This document shows positions 49,001-52,253 of a stretch of 52,253 nt of DNA, piece by piece. The translations under genes and the position numbers were made by a program. The stretch's first letter is position 1. Each line of letters opens with the position of its first letter. This DNA comes from Verrucomicrobiota bacterium (lineage in GTDB: Bacteria > Verrucomicrobiota > Lentisphaeria > Lentisphaerales > Lentisphaeraceae). The stretch is from the NCBI GenBank assembly GCA_039798785.1, contig JBDKFG010000048.1, positions 1 to 52,253 on the forward strand. Direction: 5' to 3'. A model generated the notes under the pieces. It was not told where the DNA came from, did not search any database, and worked only from the letters and a program-made list of their open reading frames with translations.

Positions 49001-51253
49001 TCATGGCCCCACCAGGATTTTCTTGAGGAGGGGCAGCACCAGGGCGGCGCGTTCGGGGTGGTAGTTTGCGGTTTCCGCGACGGCTTTTGCGGCGGGCGCA
49101 GAAGTGCCGGAGCGGAGGTTTTTCACCTTGTCGGCGATGTGGCGGCGCTCGGGGGTGGAGAAGTCGGCGAAGGCGCGGCGGAGGATGGGCAAAAGCTCGG
49201 TGAATCGCTCGGGTTCGAGCGCATCGACCCAGGTGTTGAGCAGGGGCCAGAAAACCTCGAGGTGCAAGAGGGCGAGGGCGGGGCCGCTGACGAAGCCGCT
49301 GAGCCAGTGGGCGGCGGCGTCGACGGGTCCGGAAAGGGCGAAGCTGATGTCGGTGGCGGCGTCTTCGGGACTGAGGCCTTGCGCGGCGAGGAGCTGGCGC
49401 AGGGCACGACCTTGCAGGAGCGGGTGGGCGCTGCGGTCGCGGGCGAGCTTGGCGAGGGCGAGCTGCCAGGACCGCTGCTGCGCCTTGAGCTCGAGGGTGT
49501 CGAGCACGTGAGTGGTGCTGTCGAGGGCGAGAGCGTAAATCGCGGCGGCCTCTTCGTCGATGCCGCGGCAGGCCTGCGGCAGGGCGAGGAGGGCGCGTTC
49601 GAAGAGTGTTTCGACGAGATGCGCCACAGAAGCCGGCGGCGAGCCGCGGACATCGCCGTAGCGCAGGGTGCCGGCGAGGGGCGGCAGGGCCTGCATCAGG
49701 GCGAGGGCGTCGGCGGCGGTGGCGGCCTGGTTGGCGAGGGCCTCGACCAGCTTGTCGACCAAGGTCGGCAGGGCGGCGAGGAAGGCGCCGTCGATGAGGG
49801 CGGAGAGCTGCGGCAGCGGCGTCCCGGGATTCAGGCTTAACAGCGTCTTGGCGATGGCGGCCTGCTCGATGGTGTTGCCGAGGGGCGCGGCGGTGACCAA
49901 TTTGACCACGAATTCCGGTTGCCAGGAGAGGTTCCAGGCTTCCTTGAAGGTGCCGGTGGAACGGCTGTCGCCGAGCTGGCCCCAGGGGATGCCGAGGAGG
50001 CGGAGGCGGTGGAGGAAGCGCGAGCGTTCGAGATGGGCTTCCTTGCGCAGGTCGAGCTCGAGCGTGGCGGGCGGATCGGCGATCTTGAGGCGATGGCTTT
50101 TGCAGAGGGCGGCGAAATCGGATTCAAGAGGCGAACGCGGCACGCCCTCGGGCACGGCGCCGAAGGCATGACCGACTTCGAGTTCGTCCCGGATCAGGGA
50201 CATCGGCGTCAAATCGCCGCGGCAGAAGGTGGCGAGCAGGGCTTCACGCAACTCGGAGAGTCCGGGTTGACGGCGATGCCGGAGAGTGGCAAGGGTTTGC
50301 GCCAGACGCAAGGCGTCGATCGAGCTCGAGGTGGCGGCGTCGAGGTCGCGTTCGCGCAGCAGTTGGGCGCAGCGGGTGATCCAGCGCAGCGGCGTATCGG
50401 CACCGCGGTCCCAGAGCATCTGGTAATAACCCGGCGATTCGCAGCCGGCTCCGTAGCCGCTCTTGAAGCTCAGGGCGCGGGCCGACCAAGGGACCCAGGA
50501 GGCTTCGATCTTGACCTTGGCGAGGCCCTTGAGCAGCTCGTTGTCGACCTTGGCGGCGGGCAGGTTTTCGAGGGCGGGGGCGTGCCAGGCGCCGCAGATG
50601 ACGGCGAGCTCGGCGCCCTCGGCCAATTCCTTTTGCGCCTTGCGCATCTCGCGGCGCATCCAGGCCTCGCGCAGCGCCTCGCGTCCGGTCGCGGGCGGCG
50701 CCTTTTCGCGGACCGCGCGCATGCCCTCGAGGATGGCCTCGAAGAGCGTCGGGTCCTCGCCGCGCTGCTCGGCGAGGGAGTCCCACCAGGCGTCGGAATC
50801 GGCGCAGCCGTCGGCGGCGGCGAGCTGGGCGATGGGGTCGATGGAGCAGGGCGACAACTGGGACACGGCTGGGACACCACTGGGACACAACTGGGGAGCT
50901 TCAAGAAGATCGGTCGGATCTGCGGGCTCCTCCTCTTTTTTCTCCAGTGCGAAGGAGTGGCAAGCCGGGAGGTCGAAGAAGCGCACCGGCACGCCGTTTT
51001 TGACCGCCCAGTTGAGGGCGATCCATTCTGGCGAGAAGTGGGTGAAGGGGTAGAAGGCGGCGTGCTCGGGGCTGTCGGCCTCGTAGACGAGCAGCGCCAC
51101 GGGCGGCACGAAGCCTTCTTTGGCGAGCAGCGGGATGAGCTCGTCGGCATCGGGCGGCCCCTCGATCAGGATTTGCGCCGGACGCAAAGCCTCCAGCGAA
51201 CGCAGCAGCGCCCGGGCACAACCGGGACCATGGTGGCGGATGGGGAAGATCAT
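49001..51253 (-). CDS. DUF5682 family protein (YehM-like)
   Basis: IRHHGPGCA, LIEGP, FSPEW, REAWM, CGAWHAPAL, SGYGAG. Confidence 0.9.
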   Translation of the reverse strand: MIFPIRHHGPGCARALLRSLEALRPAQILIEGPPDADELIPLLAKEGFVPPVALLVYEADSPEHAAFYPFTHFSPEWIALNWAVKNGVPVRFFDLPACHSFALEKKEEEPADPTDLLEAPQLCPSGVPAVSQLSPCSIDPIAQLAAADGCADSDAWWDSLAEQRGEDPTLFEAILEGMRAVREKAPPATGREALREAWMRREMRKAQKELAEGAELAVICGAWHAPALENLPAAKVDNELLKGLAKVKIEASWVPWSARALSFKSGYGAGCESPGYYQMLWDRGADTPLRWITRCAQLLRERDLDAATSSSIDALRLAQTLATLRHRRQPGLSELREALLATFCRGDLTPMSLIRDELEVGHAFGAVPEGVPRSPLESDFAALCKSHRLKIADPPATLELDLRKEAHLERSRFLHRLRLLGIPWGQLGDSRSTGTFKEAWNLSWQPEFVVKLVTAAPLGNTIEQAAIAKTLLSLNPGTPLPQLSALIDGAFLAALPTLVDKLVEALANQAATAADALALMQALPPLAGTLRYGDVRGSPPASVAHLVETLFERALLALPQACRGIDEEAAAIYALALDSTTHVLDTLELKAQQRSWQLALAKLARDRSAHPLLQGRALRQLLAAQGLSPEDAATDISFALSGPVDAAAHWLSGFVSGPALALLHLEVFWPLLNTWVDALEPERFTELLPILRRAFADFSTPERRHIADKVKNLRSGTSAPAAKAVAETANYHPERAALVLPLLKKILVGP

Positions 51254-51283
51254 GGGGGCTCAGGGAATTGGTTGGTTGTTTTT

Positions 51284-51672
51284 GCCCCGGAGGGGCGTTC
51301 AGAATGAGGTTGCGTTTTTGCCCCGGAGGGGCAGCCGGCAGATAGCCCAGGGTGTAGCGGCGCAGCCGCAAACCCTGGGTAGGGTTGAAAATGATCCGCA
51401 GCCCCGGAGGGGCGTTCAGAATGCGGTTGGGTTCTTGCCCCGGAGGGGCAGCCGGCGGATAGCCCAGGGTGTAGCGGCGCAGCCGCAAACCCTGGGTGGG
51501 GTTGAAAATGATCCGCAGCCCCGGAGGGGCGTTCAGAATGAGGTTGGGTTCTTGCCCCGGAGGGGCAGCCGGCGGATAGCCCAGGGTGTAGCGGCGCAGC
51601 CGCAAACCCTGGGTAGGGTTGAAAATGATCCGCAGCCCCGGAGGGGCGTTCAGAATGCGGTTGGGTTTTTGC
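51284..51672. repeat. REP family B tandem array, 117 bp x ~3.3
   Basis: GCCCCGGAGGGGCGTTCAGAATG recurs at 51284, 51401, 51518, 51635; units near-identical. Confidence 0.97.
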
Positions 51673-51674
51673 GC

Positions 51675-52121
51675 TCAATCCCACAGGTATTTCTCGTCGT
51701 AAGGCATTTGCGCTCGCTGCAACATCTCAAGGAGCTCGGCTTTGAAATCCTGCTTCTTGTGGTGTTCGGCTTGATTGAGGATGTATTGGATCACCCGAGG
51801 TTTGTCGGTTGGGGAAACCGAGAAGGCCGCATAACCGGATTGCCACTCGAAGTCATGAATCCCCTGCTTTTTCAGCCAATGGCAGGAATCGGTCTTGATG
51901 TCGCGCACCAGATCGCAGATGGCATTCTGTTTGCCGAGATTGAAGAAGAGGTGGACATGGTCGTCATGGCCGCCGATCTGGATGGGATCAGCGCCATGGG
52001 ATTTCAGGCTGTGACCAAGAACCGAGAAGAGTTCGGGGCGCAAGGCCGGGGAGAGGCAGGGGCGTCGGTTTTTGGTGCTGAAAACCAGATGCGTGAGGAT
52101 TTGGCAGAGCGATTGGCCCAT
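51675..52121 (-). mobile_element. tnpA: Y1/HUH transposase (IS200/IS605 TnpA-like, REP-associated) #2
   Basis: HLVFSTKNR, DHVHL, WQSGYAAFSVS, QYILNQAEHH; flanked by inverted family B arms. Confidence 0.93.
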
Positions 52122-52146
52122 GGAGAAATTCCTTTAATCGTGGGTT

Positions 52147-52253
52147 TTCTGGACGCCCCTCCGGGGCTCGGAACTTGTTGCCTGCAACCCAGGGTTTGTC
52201 CTCGTGCCTCGGACTACACCCTGGGCTATCTGCCGGCTGCCCCGCTGGGGCAA
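52147..52253. repeat. REP family B right arm (inverted; may continue past the window)
   Basis: Reverse complement of the 117-bp unit with a different central loop. Confidence 0.9.

Noticed and set aside
51284..51672. CRISPR array
   Set aside because: Whole 117-bp units repeat with no unique spacers; no cas genes. The same applies to 4566-4775
50901..51684. Repeat-protein ORFs over REP arrays (also 4551..4889, 35359..35922, 47207..47926, 48660..49064)
   Set aside because: Translations of palindromic DNA repeats whose unit length is a multiple of 3 or that lack stops by chance

Overview
GC-rich bacterial chromosomal window. It is probably from the PVC superphylum, judging by the PVC-type L28, the sulfatase, a prenyltransferase-repeat remnant and the lpxC-fabZ-lpxA order. 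The housekeeping backbone comprises the SAM-cycle genes metK, a pfkB-type (probably adenosine) kinase and ahcY, then rpmB, tRNA-Lys(UUU), hemD, an RNase II-like gene, uvrC, aspS, hemL, lpxC, a double-domain fabZ, lpxA and mutS. Accessory DNA is interleaved throughout. (1) Two Y1/HUH (IS200-like, RAYT-type) transposase genes are each bracketed by their own inverted three-hairpin REP arms. Empty arm pairs are dispersed in the window, and arm copies separate every gene of a YehM/YehP/DUF4132-type (DUF5682-vWA-DUF4132) operon. (2) The DUF4132 gene has an AT-rich, apparently swapped N-terminal third. (3) An integrase-free islet at the aspS 3' end is bounded by a 66-bp duplication and carries a GNAT toxin plus a chimeric antitoxin. 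(4) There are several chimeric or deleted genes: a mini-hemB, two broken AAA/PD-(D/E)XK genes and a prenyltransferase remnant. (5) Polarised 7-11-bp short tandem repeats sit at gene junctions. No CRISPR array, rRNA or integrase was seen. All family assignments come from motif recognition by eye, not from database searches.
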